Below, one piece after another: positions 51,863 to 62,741 of a stretch of 64,000 nt of DNA (position 1 is its first letter; each line of letters opens with the position of its first letter). Location: positions 13,753 to 77,752 of the forward strand of contig DATFNQ010000132.1 in assembly GCA_035266305.1 (NCBI GenBank), read 5' to 3'. The position numbers and the translations under genes are program-made. The notes below the pieces were generated by a model. That model made no database searches. It had not been told where the DNA came from and saw only the letters and a program-made list of their open reading frames with translations. The stretch is from Methylovirgula sp. (GTDB lineage Bacteria > Pseudomonadota > Alphaproteobacteria > Rhizobiales > Beijerinckiaceae).

Positions 51863-52994
51863 ATGCGCGCCGAAGCCGAAGCGCTCACCCAATCGATCAA
51901 GCAATCCATGGGATTGCTGAGGAGGCATCTTTGACGTCGATGCCGCCACGCGCCGGCTCGCCGAGCTGAACGCCAAGGCCGAAGACCCGAACCTCTGGAA
52001 CAATGCCGAGGCGGCGCAGAAGATCATGCGCGAGCGCACCGACCTCGAAGAAAAGCTCGGCTCGCTCGCCCGTTTCGAGTCCGAGCTCGAGGATGCAGTC
52101 ACCCTCGTCGAGCTCGGCGAGGCGGAAGGCGATACGGCCGCCGAGGCGGAAGGCATCGGCCAGCTCAAGGCTTTGAGGAAGGAGGCCGAGCGCCGGCAGA
52201 TCGAGGCGCTGCTCTCCGGCGAGGTCGATCAGAACGACACCTATATCGAGGTCCATGCCGGCGCCGGCGGCACCGAGAGCTGCGACTGGGCGCGCATGCT
52301 GTTGCGCATGTATATCCGCTGGGCCGAGCGGCAAAAATTCAAGGTCGAGGTCATCGAGGAGACGCCGGGCGAAGAGGCCGGCATCAAATCAGGCACATTG
52401 CTCGTCAAGGGCCACAACGCGCATGGCTGGGCGAAAACCGAATCGGGCGTGCACCGGCTGGTGCGCATCTCGCCTTTCGATTCCAATGCGCGGCGGCATA
52501 CGAGCTTTGCCTCGGTCTGGGTCTATCCGGTCATCGACGATAAGATAGAAATCGACGTGAAGGAATCGGACTGTCGGATCGACACGTATCGCTCGTCGGG
52601 CGCCGGCGGCCAGCACGTCAATAAGACCGATTCGGCGGTGCGCATCACGCATATTCCGAGTGGAATCGTCGTCGCCTGCCAGAGCGAGCGTTCGCAACAC
52701 AAGAACCGCGCGACCGCCTGGAACATGCTGCGCGCGCGGCTCTACGAGCGCGAAATGGAAAAGCGCGAGGCCGCCGCGAGTGCGGCGGAGGCCGCCAAGA
52801 CGGATATCGGCTGGGGTCACCAGATCCGCTCCTATGTCTTGCAGCCCTATCAGCTCGTCAAGGATCTGCGCACCGGCATCACGGCGAGTTCGCCGAGCGA
52901 CGTGCTTGATGGCGATCTCGGCCCCTTCATGCAAGCCGCGCTCGCTCAGAAAGTCTATGGCGGCGGCCCGGCCGAGGTGGAGGACGTGGAGTAA
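51863..52994 (+). CDS. prfB: Peptide chain release factor 2 with programmed +1 frameshift
   Basis: AGGAGG-CAT-CTT-TGA-C at 51920-51935; SPF and GGQ motifs in the +1 frame. Confidence 0.96.
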
Positions 52995-53127
52995 TCGCCG
53001 CGCTTCAGCCCAGGTTTCTGGAAGCGCGCGCACCGACCGGCGGCAGTTCTTGACGCCGGCTCTCCACTTGCAAGCGTCATTGGACGACGAGGCATGAGCT
53101 GCCTCAGTCGAGAAAGCGGAGCGCGGC

Positions 53128-53946
53128 GTGCGGACGCAACGAGAAAAGATCTTCAACATCCCCCTCGTCGTGGTTGCGCTGGTCCTCTTGCTCATCGGCA
53201 TTCACGGCCTGCGGCAGCTTCTGCCGGCCGAGCGGGATGTCGAAATTCTCGCGAATCTGGCCTTCGTGCCGGGGCGGTTTACTTACGCCTTCGATCCGGA
53301 CCGTATCACGGCGGCGCTCGACGCAGCGGGTGCCATGAGCAATTCGCAGGTCGAGCTAGACCGGTTGTTCCTTGGCGACGGCCAACCGCTCTGGTGGACG
53401 CCGGTCACTTACGCCTTGCTCCACGCCAGCTGGGCGCATGTGGGATTAAATTGCCTTTGGCTCGTCCCCTTTGGCGCGGCGGTGGCGCGCCGCTTCGGCA
53501 ATGTGCGCTTTCTGTTGTTCTGCGTCGCAACCGCGATCGCCGGCGCTCTGGCCCATTTCGTCACCCATATTGATGATCTTCAGCCGGTGATCGGCGCCTC
53601 CGCCATTGTCTCGGGCACGATGGGCGCGGCGCTGCGCTTCGTGTTTCAGCCCGGCGCGCCGCTCGGCGAAAGCCTCGGCTTTGGCGATCAGGAGCATCTT
53701 TCCTACCGCCGGCCGGCCTTGCCGCTCGGCGCTGTCTTCACCAACCGGACGGCGGTGGTTTTTCTGATCGTCTGGTTCATCGCCAATTTCCTCTTCGGCA
53801 TCGGCGCCGGTCCGCTCGGTTTCACCGATGCGACGATCGCCTGGCAGGCCCATATCGGCGGCTTTCTCCTCGGACTTTTCGGGTTTCCACTGTTTGACCC
53901 GCCGCCTTCAGATGTTGAATCGCCGCCGCTGGCGCATGTTGATTGA
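53128..53946 (+). CDS. Rhomboid intramembrane serine protease
   Basis: LLHASWAHVGLN, IGASA, AWQAHIGGF. Confidence 0.9.
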   Translation: MRTQREKIFNIPLVVVALVLLLIGIHGLRQLLPAERDVEILANLAFVPGRFTYAFDPDRITAALDAAGAMSNSQVELDRLFLGDGQPLWWTPVTYALLHASWAHVGLNCLWLVPFGAAVARRFGNVRFLLFCVATAIAGALAHFVTHIDDLQPVIGASAIVSGTMGAALRFVFQPGAPLGESLGFGDQEHLSYRRPALPLGAVFTNRTAVVFLIVWFIANFLFGIGAGPLGFTDATIAWQAHIGGFLLGLFGFPLFDPPPSDVESPPLAHVD

Positions 53947-54365
53947 GCGGGCGAGACCGGAAGAGCGAAGCCCTTGCTGCGCTGCATTGGAACTTCGGCA
54001 TCGCGGTAACGTTAGGACCTCTCAGAAGGCGGGCCGCCGTGCATTCGTTCCCGAAGTGCATGAAATCGCGATCGAAGCGCCGCGAGCGGTGACTTGGGTT
54101 GCGGTCGATAGGCGCACGCTTGGCTCGGCGCGCTGGGCAATCCGCGGACGAAATCGATCCGAATATCAACCTTAACAGCGAGGCTTAATTGCATCTTCCA
54201 TGGAAGAGCGCTGGTTGGAACCCATTCGGGCGAGTGGGGATAGCCGGCGCGAACAAAAGCTTAAGTGTTGCACCTGCGCCTGAAGAAGCGCATTCTGACG
54301 AAATCCAATCGCCGCAAAAGAGCGATGGAACGGGAATGGGAAACGAGCCCAAAGAGGAGGATGAG

Positions 54366-54797
54366 ATGACTGTGGCGCGGATACTTGCGACCAAGGGCCG
54401 TGAGGTCCTGACGGCGCAGCCGCACAGAACCTTGAAAGAAGTCGCGGAAATTCTCGCTGCACGGGACATAGGCGCCGTCGTGGTCGCCGATGTTCAAGGC
54501 AGCGTGCTGGGAATTCTTTCCGAGCGCGACATTGTCCGGGCCGTCGGCAGACGTGGCGCCAAGGCCCTCGACGACGCGACTTCAATGCATATGACGACGC
54601 GCGTCGTCACCGCGACCGAAGACGAGACCGTGCTCGCCACGGTCGAAAAAATGAATGCCGGCCATTTCCGCCACCTCCCGGTCATGAAGGAGGGCAGGCT
54701 TGCCGGCATCGTCTCGATCGGCGATGTGGTGAAATTCCGGCTTGCCGAAATGGAACATGAACATTCGGCGATGCGCGAATATATCGCTGCGGTCTGA
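54366..54797 (+). CDS. CBS-domain pair protein
   Basis: GILSERDIV, FRHLPV, GIVSIGDVVK; SD GAGGAGG. Confidence 0.92.
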   Translation: MTVARILATKGREVLTAQPHRTLKEVAEILAARDIGAVVVADVQGSVLGILSERDIVRAVGRRGAKALDDATSMHMTTRVVTATEDETVLATVEKMNAGHFRHLPVMKEGRLAGIVSIGDVVKFRLAEMEHEHSAMREYIAAV

Positions 54798-54842
54798 GCG
54801 AGACGCGATAGGCTGAACTTCAGGCGGAAGCCTGAACTCCTG

Positions 54843-54871
54843 CGCCGCCCGAGCCGGGCGGCGTTCTTTTT
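54843..54871 (+). terminator. Rho-independent terminator after the CBS gene
   Basis: CGCCGCCCG-AGC-CGGGCGGCG followed by TTCTTTTT. Confidence 0.75.
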
Positions 54872-54890
54872 GTGAGTGCGTCTGCGCCGC

Positions 54891-54965
54891 GTCATTGCGA
54901 GCGAAGCGAAGCAATCCAGATTTGGCGCTCCTGGACTGCTTCGTCACTTCGCTCCTCGCAGTGAC
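54891..54965. repeat. Rhizobial GTCATTGCGAGCG...CTCGCAGTGAC palindromic repeat
   Basis: Terminal IR GTCATTGCGAG/CTCGCAGTGAC; internal GAAGCAATCCAG...CTGGACTGCTTC. Confidence 0.75.
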
Positions 54966-55002
54966 GGATAAACAAACGGTGGCGTGCACCTCACCCTTGC
55001 GG

Positions 55003-55413
55003 CTAGCCCTCGTCGAAGATGAGGCCCGCAGAGCCGGGCGCCGGCGCGAGCCGACGATAGAAGCAGGAGCGCCGGCCCGTGTGGCACGCGCCGCCGTCAC
55101 CGCCCGGCTCGACCCTAAGCAGCAGCACGTCCTGATCGCAGTCGGTGCGGATTTCCTTCAGCCTCTGCTGTTGGCCGGACGTGTCGCCCTTGCGCCAGAG
55201 GCTCTGGCGCGAGCGCGACCAATAATGCGCGATGCCGGTGTCGAGCGTCAGCCGCAGCGCCTCTTCGTTCATATAGGCAAACATCAGCACCGCGCCGTCG
55301 CGCACGTCGGTCACGATACAGCCGATCAGCCCATCTCGATCGAAGCGCGGCGTGAAGATGCCGCCTTCTTCGAGCTCGGTCTTGCTCCCGGCAATCGGGA
55401 AGGGCAGAGCCAT
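55003..55413 (-). CDS. hisI: Phosphoribosyl-AMP cyclohydrolase
   Basis: [27 protein letters not shown]. Confidence 0.96.
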   Translation of the reverse strand: MALPFPIAGSKTELEEGGIFTPRFDRDGLIGCIVTDVRDGAVLMFAYMNEEALRLTLDTGIAHYWSRSRQSLWRKGDTSGQQQRLKEIRTDCDQDVLLLRVEPGGDGGACHTGRRSCFYRRLAPAPGSAGLIFDEG

Positions 55414-55466
55414 TGTCGCTCCGAGCTTGGGCAGTTCCGGATCTCGGCGAAGGGCACGGACCGGAA

Positions 55467-56105
55467 TTATTTGCCGCGCACCATGGTCAGGAAGCGCACT
55501 TGTTCGGCGGGATCGTCACGGAAGATGCCGGTGAACTGGTTGGTCACCGTCATCGTGCCTTGTTTCAGGACGCCGCGCATCGACATGCACATATGTTCGG
55601 CTTCGATCATCACGGCGCAGCCGCGCGGCTTGAGGTAGCGTTCGATCGCGGCGACGATCTGCGCGGTCAAAGCCTCCTGCGTCTGCAGGCGCCGCGCGTA
55701 GATGTCGACGAGCCGAGCGAGCTTCGAGAGGCCGACGACCCCTTCCTCGCCGACATAATAGGCGACGTGAACCTTGCCGACGAACGGCACCATGTGATGT
55801 TCGCAATGCGACGAAAAAGGAATGTCGCGCACGAGGATCAAATCGTCATAGCCATGCACTTCCTCGAAGACGCGCGACAGCAGGTCGCCGGCGTCGGCCC
55901 GATAGCCTGAGAAAAACTCTTCATAAGCTTTGACGACGCGCAGCGGCGTATCGCGCAGACCTTCCCGCGTCGGATCGTCGCCCGCCCAACGTATCAGGGT
56001 TCGGACGGCGGCTTCGGCTTCTTCGCGGGTCGGGCGGATCGGCGAGGTCGCGGCGGGTCTGGGCTGCTGTTGGCGTTCGAGCAAGGACTTAACCACGTCA
56101 TCCAT
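55467..56105 (-). CDS. folE: GTP cyclohydrolase I
   Basis: [28 protein letters not shown]. Confidence 0.96.
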   Translation of the reverse strand: MDDVVKSLLERQQQPRPAATSPIRPTREEAEAAVRTLIRWAGDDPTREGLRDTPLRVVKAYEEFFSGYRADAGDLLSRVFEEVHGYDDLILVRDIPFSSHCEHHMVPFVGKVHVAYYVGEEGVVGLSKLARLVDIYARRLQTQEALTAQIVAAIERYLKPRGCAVMIEAEHMCMSMRGVLKQGTMTVTNQFTGIFRDDPAEQVRFLTMVRGK

Positions 56106-56272
56106 GTGGTGCCTCCTGATAAGTGTGATCTATGGGCCCAACCCTCGCCAAGCAAGGTCGTTGCGGTCGTTTCGGCAGCAGCGGATCTCCCAAATCTCGT
56201 TCGCCAAGCCTGGATATCCTATATAGGACTTAATCGGTGCCGTCATCCCGACCCTTTCTGCCATCTTGACCC

Positions 56273-56719
56273 ATGCTGAATGACGTCTACAGCGCCAAAA
56301 TCCTGGAACTGGCGGCGAATATTCCCCGCCAAGGCCGATTAGCAGCGCCCGATGCGACCGCCCGGGCGCATTCCAAGCTCTGCGGCTCGACGGTGATCGT
56401 CGATCTCGTGATGCGCGACGGGAAAGTGATTGATTTCGCCCATGACGTGAAGGCCTGTGCGCTTGGCCAGGCGGCGGCTTCGATCATGGCGCGCAACGTC
56501 ATCGGGGCCACGGGGCCGGAGTTGCGTCACTTGCGTGATCAAGTTCGCGCCATGCTGAAAGAGAACGGCGCGCCGCCGCAAGGCAAATGGGCCGAGATCG
56601 CCATTCTCGAGCCGGTACGCGATTTCAAGGCCCGCCACATGTCGACCATGCTGACCTTCGAGGCAACCGTCGATGCCGTCGAGCAGATCGAAGCCAAAGC
56701 GCGGAGTGCCGCCGAATGA
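56273..56719 (+). CDS. IscU/NifU-like scaffold family protein
   Basis: SKLCGS, KACALGQA; usual position divergent from folE. Confidence 0.85.
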   Translation: MLNDVYSAKILELAANIPRQGRLAAPDATARAHSKLCGSTVIVDLVMRDGKVIDFAHDVKACALGQAAASIMARNVIGATGPELRHLRDQVRAMLKENGAPPQGKWAEIAILEPVRDFKARHMSTMLTFEATVDAVEQIEAKARSAAE

Positions 56720-56774
56720 GCGAAGGTTCGGAGGGGCAGGGCAGGGGAATGAGTTTCAAGACTTACGGTTGTCC

Positions 56775-57098
56775 ATGATCACGCTGCGCACCCGCCGCGC
56801 GGCGCATTATGCGATCCGCGCCTATCAATTGACGTTCTCGGCCATTCTCGGCCGGCAATGCCGGCACGAGCCGAGCTGCTCGGCCTATATGGACGAAGCG
56901 ATTGCACGGCATGGGCTTTGGGCCGGCGGCCTGCTCGGCTTGGCGCGACTCTGCCGCTGCCATCCTTGGGGAACATCGGGCTATGATCCGGTGCCGGAGC
57001 ATCTGCCGGCCCGAAGCCTTGCGGTCTTCCTCTACGGCCTGCGGCGCCGGTCCGGCCCCGATCCGCATGGCGCAGAGGACCGCAGTTCCGTCCTCTGA
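56775..57098 (+). CDS. yidD: Membrane protein insertion efficiency factor
   Basis: CRHEPSCSAY...RCHPWG.SGYDPVP. Confidence 0.9.
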   Translation: MITLRTRRAAHYAIRAYQLTFSAILGRQCRHEPSCSAYMDEAIARHGLWAGGLLGLARLCRCHPWGTSGYDPVPEHLPARSLAVFLYGLRRRSGPDPHGAEDRSSVL

Positions 57099-57319
57099 GC
57101 CAGCGCTCGACGCCTTGAATTCATCGCCATGACGGCGGATCCGGCATATGCTATTCGCAGATTCTGAGCGGCTAGCGCGAAGCGATGAGGGTCAGGCGCT
57201 GCTCGGCTTGCCTGAAGGGTGATGCCGCGGTCGAGCGCCTGACAATCTGCTCGGGGCCCTCGCCAACGCCATTGCACGATCGTGGCTGCCGCGCGCTCCG
57301 CGCAGTTTGAGGACTTAAG

Positions 57320-57919
57320 ATGAGCGAAACCAATCCGCGCGTCGCCGATTATCCGATCGATCGGCAATTCATCGAGCGCTGGTCGCCGCGCGCCTTCACG
57401 GGCGAACCCGTGCCCGAATTCGATCTCCACACCATGTTCGAGGCGGCGCGCTGGGCGCCGTCGTCCAGCAATTTGCAGCCCTGGCGCTTTCTCTATGCGC
57501 TGGGCGGCACGCCGGATTTCGAGAGGTTCCTCGCTCTCCTCGTCGAGGGAAACCGGGTCTGGGCGAAGAATGCTGGTGCGCTCATCATCCTGATCTCCAA
57601 GACAACGCAGCCGGTCTCGGGGACGGACAAGGTCGTTCCGTCGCGGACCCATTCCTTCGATACCGGGACCGCCTGGGGCTTTCTCGCGCTCGAAGCCATG
57701 CGGCTCGGTTGGGCGGCGCATGGAATGGCCGGCTTCGATGTCGAGCGGAGCATGGTCGACCTGAAGATACCGGAGGATTATCGGCCGGAAGCCGCGATCG
57801 CGATCGGCCGGCGGGGAGACAAATCGGCTCTCCCGGAATATCTGCGCGCGCGGGAGTTCCCGAACAGCCGCCATCCGCAGAAGGATTTTGTGTTCGAAGG
57901 CGGCTTTCCGGCGACGTGA
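57320..57919 (+). CDS. Nitroreductase family protein
   Basis: RWSPRAF, AARWAPSSSNLQPWRF, HGMAGFD. Confidence 0.92.
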   Translation: MSETNPRVADYPIDRQFIERWSPRAFTGEPVPEFDLHTMFEAARWAPSSSNLQPWRFLYALGGTPDFERFLALLVEGNRVWAKNAGALIILISKTTQPVSGTDKVVPSRTHSFDTGTAWGFLALEAMRLGWAAHGMAGFDVERSMVDLKIPEDYRPEAAIAIGRRGDKSALPEYLRAREFPNSRHPQKDFVFEGGFPAT

Positions 57920-57967
57920 CCGGATCAATGCTTATTCATAACAAAGTTGAAAACCAAGGAGAGATAC

Positions 57968-58186
57968 ATGAGTAAACTCGACAGGCCGCGCGAGATCATC
58001 GAATTCTGCTTGAAGCCCCTCGGCATTTCCGAGAAGACCGACGCTTACAGGGAAACCTATCGCCGGCTCGAACATGTCATCAAGACGTTTCAACTGGCCG
58101 CCGCGCGCGATAAGCAGCCCGTTGCGGTCGACTTCTCAAAGATGAAGACGATCACGATCGACGAACGCGCGCATGGCGACGAGTGA
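57968..58186 (+). CDS. Hypothetical protein (72 aa)
   Basis: Strong SD AAGGAGA; host-like codon usage; no recognised motif. Confidence 0.65.
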   Translation: MSKLDRPREIIEFCLKPLGISEKTDAYRETYRRLEHVIKTFQLAAARDKQPVAVDFSKMKTITIDERAHGDE

Positions 58187-58250
58187 CCGCGCCGGAGCGA
58201 TATGATCGTTGGGAGCGAATTTCACGTGCGAGACAGTCGCGGACCGCCCG

Positions 58251-58511
58251 TCATTTCGAAGGCGGGACGCCGGCCGGCGTCGTGTCGCAACCGTTCGACA
58301 TGGTCCATTGGCCGGTCTGGTGCATCCCCTGGCAGGGCTTCTCCGACTGAACATCGAGCGGCGCGCCGACCGGATCGATGCAGTGCGCATGGTTGGTGAC
58401 CGGGTTCACTTCGGCCACGCGACATTTCGCGGGAGGCGTGGGCGTTTGGGCCATGGCTTGAGCGGTCAAAACTGCGCTGCCCAGGAGGGCAGCGCCGATG
58501 AGCTTTTTCAT
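58251..58511 (-). CDS. Small secreted protein with four Cys (86 aa)
   Basis: SD GGAGG; signal peptide MKKLIGAALLGSAVLTAQAMA; CRVAEVNPVTNHAHC. Confidence 0.7.
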   Translation of the reverse strand: MKKLIGAALLGSAVLTAQAMAQTPTPPAKCRVAEVNPVTNHAHCIDPVGAPLDVQSEKPCQGMHQTGQWTMSNGCDTTPAGVPPSK

Positions 58512-58572
58512 GTTTCCTCCGAGTCGTTCCCGCCGCTTCGCGCCGCATCGATTTGAGCACCGAATTATAGCC

Positions 58573-59691
58573 TCAAGCGGCCAGCGCGGCCTCCGGCCGC
58601 TTGAGTGCAAGTCCAAGGCTTTTTGCCACCGCCGCATGGGTGATGTGGCCGCGGTCGACATTGAGCCCGGCGCGCAGGCCTGGATCTTCGAAGATCGCGG
58701 CGCGTCCCTTGGCGGCGAGCGCAAGCCCATAGGGCAGGGTCGCATTGGTGAGCGCATGGCTCGAAGTATAGGGCACGGCCCCTGGCATATTGGCAACGCA
58801 ATAGTGGACGATGCCATCGATGACATATGTTGGTTCGGCATGGGTCGTCGGATGCGAAGTTTCGAAGCAACCGCCCTGATCGATCGAGACGTCGACGAGG
58901 ACCGCGCCGTTCTTCATCTCTTTCAGCATGGATCGCGTGACAAGTTTGGGTGCGCTGGCTCCGGCGATCAGCACCGCGCCGATCACGGCGTCGGCGCCGA
59001 GCACTTCCGCTTCGATCGCCGCGGCGGAGGCAAAACGCGTCCGCACCCGGCCTTGGAACAGTTCGTCGAGCTGGCGCAGCCGGGGCAAGCAACGATCAAG
59101 CACGCTCACCTCGGCGCCGAGCCCGACCGCCATGCGCGCCGCCTGGGTTCCGACCACGCCGCCGCCAAGGATCGCTACGCGTGCCGGCGCTACCCCCGGC
59201 ACGCCGCCGAGCAGCATGCCGCGGCCCCCCCTGTGGCTTTGCAGCGCGGTGCCCGCCGCCTCTATCGCCAGTCGGCCCGCCACCTCGCTCATCGGCGCAA
59301 GCAGCGGCAGGCTCACGCCATCGGGACCGACGACGGTCTCATAGGCGACGGCGGTGCATTGGGACGCCATCAATCCTTCCGCCTGCCGAGGATCGGGGGC
59401 GAGATGAAGATAGGCGAAAAGGATCTGGTCCCTGCGGAGCTGCACCCACTCGGAAGGCTGCGGCTCCTTCACCTTCACGATCAATTCGGACTCGGCAAAG
59501 ATCTCCGCCGGGTTGGCGGCGATTTTGGCTCCAACTGCGAGATAGGCGGCGTCGGTTGCCCCGATCCCGACCCCGCCGCCGGTCTCAATCTTGACCGCGT
59601 GCCCGGCGGCAACGAATTCGCGCGCCGCATCGGGGGTGAGGCCGACGCGGTATTCGTGGATTTTGATCTCTTTCAAGACACCGACGCGCAT
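58573..59691 (-). CDS. ald: Alanine dehydrogenase
   Basis: KEIKIHEYRVG, VKVKEP, YLHLA, GGGVVG, DQGGC, VANMPG. Confidence 0.96.
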   Translation of the reverse strand: MRVGVLKEIKIHEYRVGLTPDAAREFVAAGHAVKIETGGGVGIGATDAAYLAVGAKIAANPAEIFAESELIVKVKEPQPSEWVQLRRDQILFAYLHLAPDPRQAEGLMASQCTAVAYETVVGPDGVSLPLLAPMSEVAGRLAIEAAGTALQSHRGGRGMLLGGVPGVAPARVAILGGGVVGTQAARMAVGLGAEVSVLDRCLPRLRQLDELFQGRVRTRFASAAAIEAEVLGADAVIGAVLIAGASAPKLVTRSMLKEMKNGAVLVDVSIDQGGCFETSHPTTHAEPTYVIDGIVHYCVANMPGAVPYTSSHALTNATLPYGLALAAKGRAAIFEDPGLRAGLNVDRGHITHAAVAKSLGLALKRPEAALAA

Positions 59692-59811
59692 GGCCGATCC
59701 CCTTAAGTGACTCGAATTCCGTTGGATGGGCTTTACGCCTCTATCCAAGCGGAATTTCGGCAATTACAATACGAAATGCAGATTGAATGCAGGTTAATAG
59801 CGTTACCGCCT

Positions 59812-60333
59812 ATGGCTGCGCAGGATTCGACCACACCTGATCTCGATCGGTTCGATCGCGCCATTCTGGCGGCGCTCGTCGCCGACGCGCGAATCAGCAT
59901 CGCCGACCTTGCCCCGCATATCGGGCTTTCGAGCACCGCCTGCGCCCGACGCCTCAAAGCCCTGGAGGAGCGCGGCATTATCACCGGCTATCATGCCACG
60001 CTCGATCATCAGCGGCTCGGTTTCGCGGTCACCGTTCTCGTCCGCATCAGTCTCGAATCGCAACGCGAGGAGGACTTCGAGGCCTTCGAGCGGGCGGTCG
60101 GCCAATGCGCCTCGGTCGTGCGCTGCTATCTGATGTCGGGAAGCGACGATTATCAGCTCGTCGTGCTCTGCCGCGACATCGCCGATTTCGAACATATCCA
60201 CAAGACTCAGCTCGCCCGGCTGCCGCGCGTGGCCCGTATACAATCGAGTTTTGCGCTCCGCAACGTGATCGATCGGAACTTGCCTGCCGCGCTGCTTGCG
60301 CCCATATCGAGCAGACGGCCGGGGCGGGGGTGA
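59812..60333 (+). CDS. Lrp/AsnC regulator (AldR-like), divergent from ald
   Basis: [36 protein letters not shown]. Confidence 0.9.
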   Translation: MAAQDSTTPDLDRFDRAILAALVADARISIADLAPHIGLSSTACARRLKALEERGIITGYHATLDHQRLGFAVTVLVRISLESQREEDFEAFERAVGQCASVVRCYLMSGSDDYQLVVLCRDIADFEHIHKTQLARLPRVARIQSSFALRNVIDRNLPAALLAPISSRRPGRG

Positions 60334-60401
60334 GTCGGCCTGGTAAACTTCCTGGGGACACGGGCCTTAGATACCAACGAGCATCGTTCGAAAGGCTGCT
60401 T

Positions 60402-62741
60402 ATGCCGTCGAAGCCAAGTCATGCTAACATCGCAGGCCAGACGCAGCCTTGGGTAGGCGAACCGGAGGCCATCTTGCAACCGAGCAGCGAGAGCTTGAGA
60501 TCGGTCGAAAGTCCGAGCGCTGAAACCAAGGCCGATCCGGCGCTGACCGGCGAGTGCTCGCCTGCCGCCTCGATCCTCATCATGAACGAGCTCGGCAGCC
60601 TCGCCGAGCGCCCGGCCGAACTCGCCCACTCGCCGGAGCGCTTCATCAACCGCGAACTCTCCTGGCTCGACTTCAACCGTCGGGTTCTGCAGGAGGCCTC
60701 GAACCGCAATCATCCTCTGCTCGAACAATTGCGGTTTCTGTCGATCTCCGCAAACAATCTCGATGAATTTTTCATGGTTCGCGTCGCCGGTCTGCGCGGC
60801 CAGGTGCGCGCCGGCGTCTCGATGGCTTCGGAAGACGGGCTCACCCCGGCCGAGCAATTGGTGAAAATCCGCGAGCGCGTCGGCCTTCTCGCCGCCGAAC
60901 AGCAGCGCCGATGGCGCGAGTTGCGCAAGGAATTGCAGGCGGCCGGCGTCGTCCTCGTCGATCCGCAGGATCTCGACCAGAAGGAGGTCGCCTGGCTCGA
61001 ACATTATTTTCTTCTCCACGTCTTCCCGGTCCTGACGCCGCTGGCGATCGATCCGGCGCATCCTTTCCCGTTCATTCCCAATCTCGGCTTCACGATGGCG
61101 CTCGAACTGGTGCAGCCGCGCGACAACAAATATCTGAAGGCGCTGGTTCGCCTGCCCGCTAAGATCGAGCGCTTCGTTAGGATGCCGGGCGGCCCGAACG
61201 AACAGCGCTTCATCGCGCTCGAGTGCCTGGTCGGCATGTTCACCCAATCGCTGTTCCCCGGCTATTTGGTGCGCGGCTCCGGCGTCTTCCGCGTCATCCG
61301 CGACAGTGATCTCGAAGTCGAGGAAGAGGCCGAAGACCTCGTGCTTCTCTTCGAGAGCGCCTTGAAGCGGCGCCGCCGGGGTTCCGTCATTAGGCTCGAG
61401 GTCGACAGCCTCATGCCCGAGCAATTGCGTAACTTTGTCGCCGAGGAGCTCGACGTCGTACAAGACGAAATCTTCTTGCTCGACGGCATGCTTGCGCAGA
61501 ACGAACTCGCCGAACTCGTGAACGTCGATCGGCCGGAACTCAAGTTTAAGCCCTATAACCCGCGCTTTCCCGAACGGGTGCGCGATAACGGCGGCGATTG
61601 TTTCCTGGCGATCAAGCAGAAGGACCTCGTCGTCCATCATCCTTATGAATCGTTCGACGTGGTGGTGCAGTTCCTCAATCAGGCTGCTGCTGATCCGAAC
61701 GTCGTGGCGATCAAGCAGACGCTCTACCGCACGTCCGCCGACAGCCCGATCGTGCGCGCCTTGATCGAGGCGGCGGAAGCCGGCAAGTCGGTGACCGCCC
61801 TCGTCGAACTCAAGGCGCGTTTCGACGAGGAAGCCAATATCCGCTGGGCCCGCGATCTGGAGCGCGCCGGCGCGCAAGTGGTCTTCGGCTTCATCGCCTT
61901 GAAGACTCACGCCAAGCTCTCCATGGTCGTGCGCCGCGAGTCTGGCTCGCTCGTCACCTACTGCCATGTCGGCACCGGCAATTACCATCCTGTGACGGCG
62001 CGCATTTATACCGACATTTCCTTCTTCACCGCGGACCCCGCGATCGGCGGCGACATCTCGCGGATTTTCAACTATATTACCGGCTATGCTGAGCCGGCTG
62101 TGCTGGAGCGGATGGCGATCTCGCCGATCAATTTGAAGACTCGCCTTCTCGACCATATCACGCAGGAGAGCGACTTCGCGAGAGCCGGCAAGCCGGCGGC
62201 GATCTGGGGCAAGTGCAATGCGCTGGTCGATCCGCAGATCATCGACGCGCTGTATGTGGCGAGTCAGGCGGGCGTCAAGATCGATCTTGTCGTCCGCGGC
62301 ATCTGTTGCTTGAGGCCGGGCGTTCCCGGTCTTTCCGACAACATCAGGGTGAAGTCGATCATCGGCCGGTTCCTCGAACATGCGCGGGTCTATGCTTTCG
62401 GCGGCGGCCATGGCCTGCCGCATGCCAAGGCCCATGTTTACATCTCCTCGGCCGACCTGATGCCGCGCAATCTCGACCGGCGGGTCGAGGCTTTTGTGCC
62501 GATCACCAATCCCACCTGTCACGATCAGGTGCTCGACCAGATCATGATCGCCAATCTCCTGGACAATCAGCAGAGCTACCGCGTCTTGCCGGACGGTTCG
62601 AGCACAAGGATCAGCGCGACGGGACAGGAACCGTTCAATGCCCATTCCTATTTCATGACCAATCCGAGCCTGTCGGGGCGCGGCAAATCCTTGCGGGAAT
62701 CCAGCCCGAAGACGCTGTTGAAAAGGTTGGAGGGCCGGTGA
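60402..62741 (+). CDS. ppk1: Polyphosphate kinase 1 (start may be 60582)
   Basis: [39 protein letters not shown]. Confidence 0.96.
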   Translation: MPSKPSHANIAGQTQPWVGEPEAILQPSSESLRSVESPSAETKADPALTGECSPAASILIMNELGSLAERPAELAHSPERFINRELSWLDFNRRVLQEASNRNHPLLEQLRFLSISANNLDEFFMVRVAGLRGQVRAGVSMASEDGLTPAEQLVKIRERVGLLAAEQQRRWRELRKELQAAGVVLVDPQDLDQKEVAWLEHYFLLHVFPVLTPLAIDPAHPFPFIPNLGFTMALELVQPRDNKYLKALVRLPAKIERFVRMPGGPNEQRFIALECLVGMFTQSLFPGYLVRGSGVFRVIRDSDLEVEEEAEDLVLLFESALKRRRRGSVIRLEVDSLMPEQLRNFVAEELDVVQDEIFLLDGMLAQNELAELVNVDRPELKFKPYNPRFPERVRDNGGDCFLAIKQKDLVVHHPYESFDVVVQFLNQAAADPNVVAIKQTLYRTSADSPIVRALIEAAEAGKSVTALVELKARFDEEANIRWARDLERAGAQVVFGFIALKTHAKLSMVVRRESGSLVTYCHVGTGNYHPVTARIYTDISFFTADPAIGGDISRIFNYITGYAEPAVLERMAISPINLKTRLLDHITQESDFARAGKPAAIWGKCNALVDPQIIDALYVASQAGVKIDLVVRGICCLRPGVPGLSDNIRVKSIIGRFLEHARVYAFGGGHGLPHAKAHVYISSADLMPRNLDRRVEAFVPITNPTCHDQVLDQIMIANLLDNQQSYRVLPDGSSTRISATGQEPFNAHSYFMTNPSLSGRGKSLRESSPKTLLKRLEGR

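Noticed and set aside
54172-54188. TTAA-N9-TTAA as a CtrA box upstream of the CBS gene
   Set aside because: Spacing is 9 rather than the canonical 7.
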